Notes: generated by a model not told the origin, from the letters alone. DNA of 64,000 bases from Octopus sinensis (GCF_006345805.1 NC_043014.1:2418001-2482000), one strand, 5' to 3'. Counted from the first letter of the stretch, positions 12,624 to 25,561 are shown. Numbers and translations are program-made.

Positions 12624-12841
12624 TTAACCCTTTAGTGTTCAGATTATTCTGTCAAATGTGATGTTTGGTTATTTAAAATGGTTTGAATTAATCCTGGATT
12701 ATCTTGTAGTTTAGAGATTTCAGTGATGTGATTTTTTGGTTTTAGAATGACATGGTAGGGCTGGGGTAAGAGGCCAGATCTGGTCAGTTTCAATATAAAA
12801 CAGGTTAAATATTTTGGCCGGTTTGAATGCTAAAGGGTTAA
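12624..12841. mobile_element. Second piggyBac-type MITE family; inverted copy 33541-33769, partial copies ~184-270 and ~13007-13200
   Basis: TTAA-CCCTTTAG...CTAAAGGG-TTAA. Confidence 0.8.
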
Positions 12842-13504
12842 AGCCCTACCCTACTCAGGAGTCCTTGACCACCTCACTGTTATACTCCACACTCCGTTCT
12901 TGAGTACAAGAAATCGACATTTGTAAAAGCCCCTGCCCTTTTGACCCAACATGAAAACTCCCATTTCACTGACGAAACCCTGCAACTTCCCACTTCGTAT
13001 CCCTCGTAACCCTTTAGCAACCAGATTATTCTGCCAAATGTAAAGCTTATCCATTCCTTGTTTTGAATTAATCATGCGTTATTTGGTAGCTCTGGGATTT
13101 CAATGAAGTCTTTGTTGTACATTTAGAATGACATTGTAGGGTAGGTACGAGAGGCTGGATATGGCCAGTTTGAACATAAAGCAGTTGGAATATTTGGCTT
13201 AAAAGAAGACAGCAAATTAGCAGAATTGTTAGAGCATCAGGTAAAAATACCTAGTGGTATTTGTTCCAGCTCACTGCACTCTGAGTTCAAATCCCAGCAG
13301 GGTTGACTTTGTCTTTCACCCTCTTGAAATCAATAGAATAACACGGGTTGGACAGAATCTGAGGAATCAGAGGACAGCATTGAATTCCAGTGTCAACTCT
13401 GACATGGTTTCTACGGCTGGATGCTATTCCTCAGAGAACCAAATGCTAAACACTTTTATAGATGCATTTCAAGAACACAAACAAAAACTCCATCTAAATC
13501 TTAC

Positions 13505-13603
13505 TTCAATGTCACAACAATGGTTTTGTCCAGTTTTTCAGTTGTAATAATGCCGACCATTTTATGCTTCACAGCAGTCAGACTGAGAACCACCGGATGG
13601 GAC
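13505..13603 (-). CDS. NOMO1: NOMO exon 18
   Basis: TSHPVVLSLTAVKHKMVGIITTEKLDKTIVVTL; cag/gtaaga; phase 2->2. Confidence 0.93.
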
Positions 13604-14758
13604 CTGGAAAAGAATTAGTAACAAAATAATGAAAAAAAAAACAAAAACAGATAATAAAACAATATCAAAATGATTGGATGAGATTTTTAACAGAAGGAAT
13701 GAAAGAATAATGGACTGGCAGAGCTGTGTGGTTAAGAAGCTCACTTTGTGACCATGTGGTTTTAGGTTCAAACCCACTCTATGGCACTGGATAAGAGTTT
13801 ACTACAATATACCTTTGCCTTGTGAGGGAATTTGGTAGATGGAAACTGTGTGGAAGCCCACGGTGTATGTGTCTGTATATATATACATATACAATGCCAA
13901 TGTCACGTAATTGGCACCTGTGCTGGTGGCATGTAAAAGATATGTTTTGAGTGTTGGGCCTCGTGGAGGCCATCATGCCGATATCAGTGCCGTGAACTTG
14001 GCACCCATGCTAGTGGCATATAAAAAGCCTCTGTTGAGCATTGGGCCTCATGGAAGCAATGTAGCTGAAGCCAGGGTCACATAACTGGCACCTGAGTTGG
14101 TGACATATAAGAGGGCATCTTTCGAGTGTTGGGCCTCATGGAGGTAATGACAAATGACTGAGGCCTTTGGCATTATGCTGGGCTTGAGAAGAAGACCCAT
14201 CAAGCCAAGTAAAAGCACCCACTACACTCTTGGAGTGGTTGGCATTAGTAAGGGCATCCAGCTGTAGAAACTCTGCCAGACTAGATTGGAGCTTGGTGCA
14301 GCCCCTGGCTCTCCAGACCTCAGTCAAACTGTCCAACCCATGCTAGCATGGAAAACAGACGTTAATCGATGATGATGATGATACAACAGGCTTCTTTCAG
14401 TTTCTATCTATCCACTCACTAGGCTTTGGTTGGCCCAAGGTGATAGTAGACAGCTGCCAAGTGGGACTGAAACTAGAACCATGTGGTTGGGAAGCAGACT
14501 TCTTACCACAAATAATTTTTAAACACATACACACATTTAAACACATTCAATCACACACATAAGTATATACACACACATACACAAGCACACACACACATAT
14601 TCTATGATAAAACAAACACAAATGTTTTAAGGAGTTGCCAAAATTTCCATATTTTGCAGAAAGTCTGACACAGGGTTTGTGAAGCTACACCAAGACAATG
14701 GAAACAGAAAAAAAATAGAGAAAAATTAATAAAATCTATAAACATCTGCAGTACTTAC

Positions 14759-14907
14759 GTGTCATAGGTGTATATGTCTTTCTCAAATCTATGGCAGGAA
14801 TCTGTAGTGAGACGGTAGACACCAGGCTGAGAAAGACAGAATCTGTTTGTGCCTTTCTTCAAAGCAAAAGAACCTACACTTCCTTCTTTGTTCTCGTGAG
14901 CAAAATT
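14759..14907 (-). CDS. NOMO1: NOMO exon 17
   Basis: NFAHENKEGSVGSFALKKGTNRFCLSQPGVYRLTTDSCHRFEKDIYTYD; tag/gtaagt; phase 0->2. Confidence 0.95.
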
Positions 14908-15248
14908 CTACAAAAGACAAAAGAAAAAAGGAAAAAAAAATCGGTAAGTTTTGTTTATCAAAATATGACCTCCAAATTGTAACAACATAAACCAGTGGTT
15001 CCCACCCTGGGGTCCGCAAAGGTAGTACCGGGAGTCCGTGAGCTAAATTTAAAATTTCATATATCATCGTCGTTTAACGTCCGTTTTCCATGCTGGCATG
15101 GGTTAGACAGTTTGATTGAGGTCTGGAGAGCTAGTGGCTGCACCAGGCTCCTATCTGATCTGGCAAGGTTTCTACAGCTGGATGCCCTTCCTAACGCCAA
15201 CGTCAGTCAAACCATCCAACCCATGCCAGCATGGAAAACGGATGTTAA

Positions 15249-15282
<34 letters not shown>

Positions 15283-16064
15283 GGTACCTATTTAAAGAAG
15301 GGAAATAAATCCTTATTTAGACTTGAGACCGAAGAGACTTGGAAGCAGCCGGCTTGGGCAAGCCTGGTCAGCAAAATGGATGCCAGGTTTCAGGGCCTTC
15401 CTCTCGACAGCTTTACAGAATACTGCCCTTCTCCCCTCACTAATATGAGGCCCTAGCTACTGGTTCAACTGACTAGTATTTGATCCCAAGTCCATTTTGG
15501 GATCATCACCTCTCCAGCCAGGTTTTATCATTCCCTTTCAGCCACATCCAATGGCTGGTTCCCTCTGCTGTCGACTGGATCCCTTTCATCATGGTCAGTG
15601 GTTCTCGGAGAACTGCTTCCAGTAATGCAGACACATCAACTGATTCTGGATGGAAAAGCTTGAAAACGAAACTCTTTCAATTGATATGAGAATCTCTTTG
15701 CTGAAGTCCTCCTCCTTGGCTCAGAAGCATCATGGATTCAGTGGAAGACATTCAAGTGTCTGAGAATGAGAATGGGATGACCAAAAGTTGTTTTCATCAG
15801 ATGAAACTACGAGACCAGCCCAATTACCTGCCAATGTGGAGGAGCAGACCATAATGGAGCACTGCTTGGTCTACCCTCAAAAGACCTCAAAAAGGTCTAT
15901 AAGAATGCCAAAAAGTGTAAAGAAATGGGAAAACTGTTATATAACCATTATAATTTGAAGAATGGAAAGACTTAGATACAAAGACTCTGTTGCTAAGACC
16001 AGACACTGGACAATGCAAAACAAACAACAAAAAAAAAACACAAAGTGAAAGAAATGGTACTGAC

Positions 16065-16201
16065 CAAAGTAATTTCGTGGGAAAGTCCACATTTCAATAT
16101 GAATCCAGTCTGGGAGAATTCCAGTCCTGTCACATCTTTGTTGGTGATTTCAATCTCTTGTGACTTTTCCTTCCAACACCAGTTATCTTGTAAAGGAGCC
16201 A
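16065..16201 (-). CDS. NOMO1: NOMO exon 16
   Basis: VAPLQDNWCWKEKSQEIEITNKDVTGLEFSQTGFILKCGLSHEITL; tag/gtcagt; phase 1->0. Confidence 0.95.
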
Positions 16202-17265
16202 CTAAGGACCAGAAAATAGTAAAATATTAATTAACAGCAACAATTTGCAAATAGATAGGCATGTATAGTCAAGGTTCCTGGTTCAAATCCAGTCTAGCAC
16301 AATATTGTTATAATTATCCGCATTTTAATATCTGTTGTTCCATCCTAGAATTGGTCAAATCAGATTTACTGAAACAGATTTTCTTTAACCAAATACTCTT
16401 TTTGTTCCCAAAACCTCAACTGCCTTCAAAAAAGGCAATGTTTACCCCCAAATCCTTTTGGACATGAACACCATAATGGTTTGCGGGGGAGATTATTGTC
16501 CGTTGCCGTTTTCCAGCTCCGTCTGGCACCTGTGCGGGTGGCACATAAAAAGCACCCACTACACTCACGGGGTGGTTGGCGTTAGGAAGGGCGTCCAGCC
16601 GTAGAAACACTGCCAGATCAGACTGAGCCTGATGCAGCCTTCGGGCTCCCCAGACCCCAGTTGAACCGTCCAACCCATGCTAGCATGGAAAGCAGACACT
16701 AAATGATGATGATGATGATGAAATGGCACAGCTTGTACAATAATGACATTCGTTTTAAAGTTAGAACTTGACATCAAGACAAGGAAACACACACACACAC
16801 ACACACACAACAGGCTCTTATCAGTGTCTGTCTACCAAATTCACTCACAAGGCTTTGGTTAGCCCAGGGTAACTGTAGAAGACAATTGCTCAAGGTGCCA
16901 TTCAGTGGGACTGGAAACGAACTTCATCACAGAGTTAAACTTCAGAAGAATATGGTGTAGTCTGTGGTACATGAATCAAATGCATGTGGATTCTCCATAT
17001 TACACACCAAAAATCTAACGACAGATCTTTGTCCATGAATCTATCTACAATATGGAGGGGTACCAACGTCTATGGGCTGATCCCTGTCTTATCACAAACA
17101 CCTCACAATAGTCTAAGACTGCGCTCCAAATAAATATGAACGATTTCTAAGTGAAAATTCCCAGTGAAGTCAATTTAGTCTTTCAGCCTTCCAGAGTCAA
17201 CAAAGTACCGATCTAGCAGAGTTTACCAAAGACGAAAACAACAACAACACACAATATTCTCTTAC

Positions 17266-17329
17266 CTTTATATTTGCCAGGCAAGATGTTCTCAAATTCA
17301 AAACTGGCTTTTTTGGGTGAGTCTTTTAG
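17266..17329 (-). CDS. NOMO1: NOMO exon 15
   Basis: LKDSPKKASFEFENILPGKYK; tag/gtaaga; phase 0->1. Confidence 0.92.
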
Positions 17330-18031
17330 CTAGAAATAGGAAGAAAGAGATAATGCTATGTTAAAAAATACTTTTGAAGCAGATATGTCACACACACACA
17401 CACACACACATTGTCATCATTCATTTAATGAACACTTCTCCATGCTTGTATGGATCAGACAGAATCCGCTGAGGCAGATTTCCTACGGCTGAATGCCTTT
17501 CCTGTCACCAACCTTCATTTGTTTCCAAACAAGACATCTTTTACATCGAAGTCTGAAAACAAACAACACCACTTATACGCCAGTGATGCTCGTTTACAGT
17601 GATCAAGTGATGTCAAGACAAGGGTACACACACACACTCATGGTAGGCTTCTTTGAGTTTCCATCTACCAAATCCGTTCAGAAAACTTCAGTTGGCCAGG
17701 GGCTATCATAGAAGACATTAGCCCCAGGTGCTGCACAATGGGATTGAACCCAAAACCGCATAATTGGGAAACCAGCTTCTTAACCACACAGCCATGCCTG
17801 CACCTCCATACTAAGCAACAAAGCAAAGAAGAATAAGCAAATGGAATTGGTAACAGATTGAGGCCCTAAGTGGGGAGGGTCATGATTTTGAGAAACAAAA
17901 GAATGGTTGTACCAAAGATTGGAACCCTCACCCTCCTCTCCATACTGGACCAACAAGATTACACAAAAAAAATTAAGAAACAGAAAATAAAATTTTCTAC
18001 AATTTCTAAGGCCAATGATATCCTTACTTAC

Positions 18032-18102
18032 CATTACGACTTTTTTATCTTCTCCAACCATACCAATAGGATCCAGAGATAATCCTATTGTGCCACAGTT
18101 TT
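18032..18102 (-). CDS. NOMO1: NOMO exon 14
   Basis: ENCGTIGLSLDPIGMVGEDKKVVM; cag/gtaagt; phase 1->0. Confidence 0.9.
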
Positions 18103-18610
18103 CTGAAATAAAGATCAGCTGAGTCAAAGAATGCTCAACAGGAATCTACAAGAGATGATCTCTGTCAAAACTTAGATGAGCAGTGTCAAAAAGGTGTTAG
18201 CATGGACAAATAATGACTAGCTACTGTCAAATATGGACAAGCAGTGTCAAAAAATGTGTCAAACACCAGCTCCTGTTTAGGCATTGTCAATCATGAATGT
18301 GTAGTGTCAAAAACATGTCAATGTCAGATGAGGATTAACCATGTCAAATATGGATTAGGAGTGTCAAAACATGTCAATATGATCAAATTAATAAGTGTCA
18401 ACAAGGTCAAATTAACTAATTAAAAAAACATATGGATAGAGTATTTTATAAGTAATTTAGTCAAAACTGGAATGCTGGTTATGTTTAATTGGTTCACAGT
18501 GTCGTAAGTTCACATGAGTAGAGCTTAATCTCTTTTGTGTCGCCATCTGGTGGTCTACCAGAAAACAACAACAACAATAGTGGAAAATATATAATGCCAA
18601 AGTCACTCAC

Positions 18611-18752
18611 CAATACAAGTAATAACTCCAGATACTTTGGCACGGAACTGGGAGAAGTCAACATCTTTCACGGGTTTATTGGTGACCACAACAAGCTTCT
18701 CGCTAGGATACAAATGTAATCCTGCTTTTATTTCTTGAGTACTGAGGAAAGC
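18611..18752 (-). CDS. NOMO1: NOMO exon 13
   Basis: AFLSTQEIKAGLHLYPSEKLVVVTNKPVKDVDFSQFRAKVSGVITCI; cag/gtgagt; phase 0->1. Confidence 0.95.
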
Positions 18753-19565
18753 CTGGAAAAATAAATAAATTAACACCGTTGGGTCATTTGGCAGAATCAT
18801 CGGAGCATCCAATAAAACTTTGTTCCTCTCAATATTGCTGAACTTGTATCTAAGTTACGGAGGTGGTCAGCAGCCAGATTCCCCATCTGCTGTCTTCTAA
18901 TGGTAAAGCCTGTCATATTGGAAGCAGATGATGACAGGGGAAAGTGATGACAATAAATTACTACGAGTAAATGAACAACCAACAAAGATACAATCAATGC
19001 AGGCCAGTAAGTCCTCTTCTCGTTTCCACCTCCTCCAATGATTCAGGTAAGGAGACATTATATCTTCTTAAGTATAAAGCAACATCAAGGAAGTGGTGAA
19101 AATATATGGCCAGCCTCCGGAGGAGGAGGAGACTGAAGAGAAGGAGGAAATGGAAGAGAGAGAGGGGGGAGAGGAGGAGGAAGAGAGGAAGGAGCAAGGG
19201 AAGGACAAAGAGAGGGAGGAGCAAGAGAGGAAGGAGGAGAAGGAGCAAGAGGGAGAAAAAGAGGAAGAGAGGGAGAAAAAGAGGAAGAGAGGGAGAAAGA
19301 GAGGGAGAAGGAAGGGAAGGAGAAAGAGGGGGAGGAGCAAGAGAGGGAGAAAGCGTGGAAGGAGCGAGAGAGGGAGGAGCAAGAAAGGGGAGAGGAAGGA
19401 GTGAGGGGGAAAGATAGGGAGGAAGGAGTAAGAGAGGGAGGAGCAAGAGAGGAAGGAGCAAGAGAGGGAGGAGATAGAGGAGAAAGAAAGAAGAGAAAGA
19501 AGGTGGAGGAAAAGAGAAAGAAGAAAAAGGATAAAAGAAGAAGATAAGAGAAGCAGCAGAAATAC

Positions 19566-19743
19566 CTTGAAAATATATTTCCCTGGTTTAAACATGGCAC
19601 AGAAATGTCCCTGCATATCCGTGTCCACAGCAAGAAGTTTCACTGCCTTGTCCTCGGTGTAGGCAATTACCTTACGCTGATAGACCATGTGGTCCAGGCC
19701 CTTAGGGATCTCATCTATGTTCACTTTGCCACACACACTGAAC
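19566..19743 (-). CDS. NOMO1: NOMO exon 12
   Basis: RFSVCGKVNIDEIPKG...DTDMQGHFCAMFKPGKYIFK; cag/gtattt; phase 2->0. Confidence 0.94.
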
Positions 19744-20753
19744 CTGCGACAAGAGAGAAAAAAAAGTAGATTTTTTTTTTAAGGAATTTTATTATTTTTT
19801 GCAGGGGCAGATTTCTGCTGTTTACTTCAACCCTGTGGTCGTGTGGTTAAGGAGCTTGATTCCCAACCACAGAGTTTTGGGTTCAGTTCCACTGTGTGTA
19901 GCATCTTGAGTAAGTGTCTTCTGCTACAGCCTGAAGCTGATCAAAGCCTTCAGACTGGACCAAGTATACGGAAACTGAAAGAAGTCCATTGTGTGTGTAT
20001 GTGCGTGTGTTCATGAGAGAGAGACAGAGAGAGTGTGTGTGTGTGTGCCCTTGTCTTAACATTATGCAATTGTTATAAAGGCGGTGAGCTGGCAGAACCG
20101 TTAGTACACCGGGCAAAATGCTTAGCGGTATTTTGTCTATCTTTACGTTCTGAGTTCACATTCCACTGAGGTCGACTTTGCCTTTCATCCTTTTAGGGTT
20201 GATAAATTAAGTACCAGTCGCATACTGAGGTCTATCTAATCAATTGCCCCCCCCCCCCCCGCAAATTAGTAGAAAGGATTATGTGACCATTATAAATGAG
20301 CACCACACAAATTGTTTGTTTGTTTCCCGTTTGGCTATAGGGAAATATTACTTTCTTGGAAACAGGTAAAAGGTTGGTGATAGAAAGAGCATCCAGTCAT
20401 AGAAAAGCTGCCTCGACAAATTCTGTTTGACCCATGCAAAGACGTGTCCTCCTTTCCATGCTTGCATGGGTCACATGAAGTTTAGTGAGGTGGATCTTCT
20501 ACAGGTGGATGCTTTTCCTGTCACCAACCATTATGCAGTGTCAAGATGAAAGGACACAAACATACACACACTCCCGGACAAATACAATAGGCTTCTTTCA
20601 GTTTCCATCGATCAAATCCATCTACAAATCTTTAGTTGGTTCAGGGTTATAGTAGACACTTGCCAAAGGTGCCACACAGTGGGACAGAACCCAAAACCAC
20701 ATGGTTGGGAAGCAGACTTAACCACACGACCACACCTTCACCTATAATAATTC

Positions 20754-21199
20754 TTGAAACTCCGACGTCTGGCAGCTGACTTGGCAGACACCCGTAAAAT
20801 TATTAACCATCTTACAAACAATAACTCTGAGCACCTTTTCAAACTCCACCCGTCTAACATCCGTGGACATATTTACAAAGTCAGGAAACAGCACAGCTCC
20901 TTCCATGACTTTAGGAAACATTTTTTCACGCTGAGAGTTGCTGAAGCATGGAACAAACTGCCGGCATCAGTTGTTAGTTGTCGGAGCACTGCATCCTTCA
21001 AAACTTCCATGCTTCCTGAGATTCGCCAACACTACACCTGATCTTTCTCCCCTCCATACACATACAAGCATCTATCTGACTCATACACTGTTCACTTCCC
21101 AGACATTTGTACATTACTGCATATACTTTATATGCACTTTCTGACAAGTTGTGGTGCACCTGAGCACTGTATACAATAATTTCATTATTATATTATTAT
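20754..21199 (+). mobile_element. CR1/L2-type LINE 3' end
   Basis: RRLAADL...RGHIYKV...RKHFFTLRVAEAWNKLPASVV...SFK, typical of a CR1 ORF2 C-terminus; 3' UTR ends in an (ATT)-rich tail. Confidence 0.85.
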
Positions 21200-21259
21200 A
21201 ATCTACAAACATCTTTAAAATAGCATCCATCCAAACTTAAATGATAAAATTCAACTCAC

Positions 21260-21459
21260 CTTGATGCGATGATGTCATGGAGATGGGGTGTGTTAGGGGT
21301 AATTTTCAACATAATCTCATCAAAGAAAATATCCTCACTCATTACTTGAATGGTGTATTTACCAGCTTTCATGTTCTCCAAGTGGTAGGAACCATCTTCA
21401 TTTGTTACGGCCATCTGTTTGCCACTAACCGATACTTTGGCACCTCCAATACCAGCACC
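21260..21459 (-). CDS. NOMO1: NOMO exon 11
   Basis: GAGIGGAKVSVSGKQMAVTNEDGSYHLENMKAGKYTIQVMSEDIFFDEIMLKITPNTPHLHDIIAS; aag/gtgagt; phase 0->2. Confidence 0.93.
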
Positions 21460-22532
21460 CTTTTGAAGGAAGAATAACAGAGTTTAGTAGTCAAGATGCA
21501 AAAGAGATTCAGAATATAATGGTGTTTAACATGGCCAGTAACAGCCCCACCCAGGGAGCTTAGCAAAATTTTGTCCGTCTTTATGGTCTGAGTTCAAATT
21601 CCACTGAGGTCGACTTTGCTTTTCACCCTTTCATAGTCAATTAAATAAATACCTATTTCTTTACTACTCACAAGGGGCTAAACACAGAGGGGACACACAA
21701 GGACAGACAAACAGATCAAGTTGATTACATCAACCCCAGTGTGTAACTAGTACTTAATTTATCGACCCCGAAAGGATGACCCCAGTGCGTAACTAGTACT
21801 TATTTTATCGATCCCGAAAGGATGAAAGGCAAAGTGGACCTTGGCGAAATTTGAACTCAGATGCAACGGCAGACGAAATACGGCTACGAATTTCGTCCTG
21901 CGTGCTAACGTTTCTGCCAGCTCGCTGAGCGTTGGGGTCAATGTAATCGATTAGCCCCTTACCCCAAAATTTTAGGCCTTTAAGCCTAAAAAATTAAAAA
22001 ATTCTGTTTTCATCATCTTTGGTAATTTCCATAAAAAAATTACTATAGGAGACATTAGTCCACATAAAAATCTTAAAAGAGATGGGATACCCTAAGAAGA
22101 CACGGACGATAACCCACTCGCAGAGTTACCTTCTCTTGGATTACAATAATCTGATGGTCTTTAAATTCTTCTTTGCAAAACATTTTATGTGAAAGTGGGA
22201 GTAGTTTTGTGAAATAGAATTCCTTAAAGGGGAAACTGAGTCGCAAAAAGTTAAGGGCTACTCATCATCATCATCATCATCATTTAACGTCTGTTTTCCA
22301 TGCTGGCATGGGTTGGACGATTTGACAGGAGATGTCAAGACTGGGAGCAACACCAGGCGCCAGCTGCTTGTTTTGGCTCAGTTTCTATAACTGGATGCCC
22401 TTCCTAATGCCAACCACTTTACAGAGTGTAATGGATGCTTTTTAGCTAGCACCAGCACTGGTCTTGAATGTTCTGAAATGACTATTCAAACAGTTTAAAA
22501 AAAAACAAAAATCAAAAGTGTTTAATTCTTAC

Positions 22533-22589
22533 CTTAACAGAATCCAAAATTCGACCACTCACAGAAAATCCAGCAACTTGGAATTCTTT
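22533..22589 (-). CDS. NOMO1: NOMO exon 10
   Basis: KEFQVAGFSVSGRILDSVK; cag/gtaaga. Confidence 0.93.
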
Positions 22590-22694
22590 CTGGAAAAGAA
22601 GTGAGGAAAGAAAATTTCAATAAATTAAAGTTTATGTTTCGTTTTTGGATTTGGTTTGCAAGATTCTTTATATGAATCCGTATGTTGAAGCATG

Positions 22695-22951
22695 TTCTGT
22701 TGTGTCTGGGGAGAGTCATTTTCTTTCTGTATCTTATAATGTAACACACTCACCGGTGAAATTTCCACTTATTTCTTATTTTTATTTTCCCAAAATTTTC
22801 GTTGCGTCTTGCAACCTTTTCATGAAAAAATTGCAAGACGCAATGAAAATTTTAGGACAATAAAAATAAGGAAAAAAATAGAAATTTTACTGGTGAGTGT
22901 GTTAAATTATAAGATACAGAAAGAAAATGACTCTCCCCAGACACAACAGAA
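22695..22951. repeat. Fold-back palindrome (~128-bp arms, no spacer)
   Basis: Centre tttt-catg-aaaa at 22821-22824. Confidence 0.93.
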
Positions 22952-23626
22952 TGTTTATGTTGTTGATGGTCAGGGCAAAACTATGAGTAATGTTGTAATG
23001 TGATTCTCGCCTTGCAGCAGCAGCAGCTAAAAGTTTGTTGACCATGTGGGTGAATGGAGGGACAGTGTGTATAAAGAATACTGGAAGAGCAATATTGACA
23101 GGACTCACTCTAGATTGTGCATCCTCATCATCATGTTAGCTTCCATGTTTGCAGAGTTTATTGAGACAGATTTTCTACAGCTGGATGCTCTTCCTCCACC
23201 CAACACTTACTCGTTTCCAAGCAAAGAAATATTTCTCCATGGCCAGACATGGTTTTTGGCAGAATATTGGAAACGAATGACACACTCATGTCTGTGATAT
23301 TAAACAGTCATGTATGAATATATATATTATCGTTTATCATCGTTTAAAATCCGCTTTCCATGCTAGCATGGGTTGGATGATTTGACTGAGGGCTGGCGAA
23401 CCAGATTGCTGCACCAGGCTCCAATCTTGATCTGGCAGAGTTTCCACAGATGGATGCCCTTCCTAACGCCAACCACTCCGAGAGTGTAGTGGGTGCTTTT
23501 ACATGCTACCGGCACAGGGGCATTTTTTTTTTATATAGCAAACTTACTCAGATTACATAGACTCAAAGAATTAAAGGGGAGAAGGTGTTACAAGTCCGAC
23601 AGCTGTTTCTGGGGGCTCAGAGTTAC

Positions 23627-23838
23627 TTCATAATGTTGGCAGATGTAGTTCATCAAAAATTTGCAGCCAGTAATGGAATCAAACAAACATTGGTAAAATC
23701 CAGAGCCTCCTTCATCAGGGTGGATAAACAAAAGCCTACCATCCACCCTGATGAAGGACACTCTGGTTTCTACCAATGTTTGTTTGATTCCATTACAGGC
23801 TGCAAATTTTGATTAACTACACCTGCCAACATTATGAA
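23627..23838. repeat. Fold-back palindrome (~99-bp arms, 15-nt loop)
   Basis: Arms 23627-23725 and 23741-23838. Confidence 0.92.
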
Positions 23839-23864
23839 TATAATGAATGGTCGTCATAGAAACT

Positions 23865-23900
<36 letters not shown>

Positions 23901-23912
23901 AAAGTTACTTAC

Positions 23913-24002
23913 GGGTAATATCACAGAATTATGTTTCACTTGGAAGACCATTTTCTCTGGAACAACATCAAAAGTGATGTGTTCTCCTTTATAGAATGGA
24001 AT
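23913..24002 (-). CDS. NOMO1: NOMO exon 9
   Basis: IPFYKGEHITFDVVPEKMVFQVKHNSVILP; cag/gtaagt. Confidence 0.95.
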
Positions 24003-24330
24003 CTGGAGAGGAGAGAGAAATAGAGAAATGCAAATATAAGACAAAAGACTGCATGTCACTCTGGTGGCAATTATTGTGAGGGAGATAATCATTTCCAATG
24101 AATCATGCTAGAGTTTAAAGTTTCAAAGACTAACAAAACACTGCACAGAAAATACATATTCAGTATTCTTTTTTAGTAATAGGTAGCCATTTATAGTGCC
24201 ATTTCATCCTTATTTGAAACATCTCAGCATGACATATATATATATATAAAATTAAATAAGGGTAGAAATTGATATTCAATTAAAACCAGTGGCCCAGCAT
24301 ATTAAAAAAATCTGAAGATTAAAATATTTT

Positions 24331-24628
24331 TACATACAAAATTTAAAGGACTGACCACTAAAGTTGGACGGTCAGCATGCTAGATATAGACGTCAAATCG
24401 CTATTTTCCACAAAGAATATGTTCTCAAATAAAAAACTCAGCACAAACCAAAGCATTAAAAATAAGCAAGACAAATGAAAATATATGAAATAAAAATGAT
24501 TACCCATGTACCGATCAGTTTCGATTGTTAATATCCGCATATTCTTTGTGGAAAATAGCAATTTGACGTCTATATCTAGCATGCTGACCATCCACTTTTA
24601 GTGGTCAGTCCTTTAAATTTTGTGTATA
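24331..24628. repeat. Inverted repeat (91-bp arms, 116-bp spacer)
   Basis: Arms 24331-24421 and 24538-24628; (TA)n nearby on both sides. Confidence 0.92.
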
Positions 24629-24765
24629 ATATATATATAATATATATATATATATATTACAATAAAAGTAGACAAACAAATGAAGTTTGCTTTAGAAGCA
24701 TTGAGATATCTTAGAACATTAAAGAAATGATTTTTTAAATTCTCAAGCGCAGGATAATGCTAATA

Positions 24766-24954
24766 ATATAGCCTGAACAGGATAAACTACCGCTAATTTG
24801 CAGAAAAAGGTGTTGGCGGCCAGCTATGAAACTTGAACTCACACCCCTGTGATTATGCGTCGCGTAATCACGGGGGTGTGAGTTTGAGTCTCATAACTGG
24901 CCGCCAACACCTTTTTCTGCAAATGAGGGCTAGTTTATCCTGTTCAGGCTATAT
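24766..24954. repeat. Fold-back palindrome (~94-bp arms, 1-nt loop)
   Basis: Centre gattatgcg-t-cgcgtaatc at 24860. Confidence 0.92.
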
Positions 24955-25432
24955 ATATATATATATATAGTTAGTCCAAACATGAAAACACAACAACGCG
25001 AGGACGTGGAACAAATATAGTATTATTGGACGCTCAGGAAAGAAGGAGGTTTTAATGTTTCGAGTGGAGCTCTTCGTCGGAAACATAGGAGAAGGAAAGA
25101 TCCAAAGAAGGGAAGACGGAGGAAAAAAAATCGCCAACGGTACACATGCGGTCACCAACATTTTAATGTCTGCTTTTCCAACTTAGTAAAGATCAGACAA
25201 AAGATACCGAGATAATGCCTTTCCTGTTGCTAACTCTCACTTGTTTCCAAGTAAGGTACTATTTCACCTGGTCTTTCAAACAAAGAACAGTTCAAAAATG
25301 GTTGGAGAAGTTGTCGAGGCAGATGTAAACAAATAACACAGAACACAAACAATGCCAAGATAAAGCCATAACACAAAACACACACACACATACACACACA
25401 AACACATTTGAAAACGGGCCAAAGATCCTCAC

Positions 25433-25561
25433 CAAGTAATACTGTCCAGTTGGAAGAGAGGCAAAGCTGAAGGTGCCGTCTTCTTTCGAGGACATATGGC
25501 AGATGGAATTGTCCCCATTCTTCAAACTTTTCACTGGGGTCTTCTCACAATCGGTGACTAA
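25433..25561 (-). CDS. NOMO1: NOMO exon 8
   Basis: LVTDCEKTPVKSLKNGDNSICHMSSKEDGTFSFASLPTGQYYL; cag/gtgagg. Confidence 0.94.

Noticed and set aside
15290-15890. Non-repetitive-looking block as an extra exon or LINE fragment
   Set aside because: NOMO is complete across this intron without it, and no recognisable protein motif was found.
18994-19560. Leu/Ser/Pro-rich and Glu/Arg-rich ORFs (also 25615-26063, 30384-30944, 9288-9684)
   Set aside because: Purine/pyrimidine low-complexity tracts; only the embedded NOMO exons are supported.
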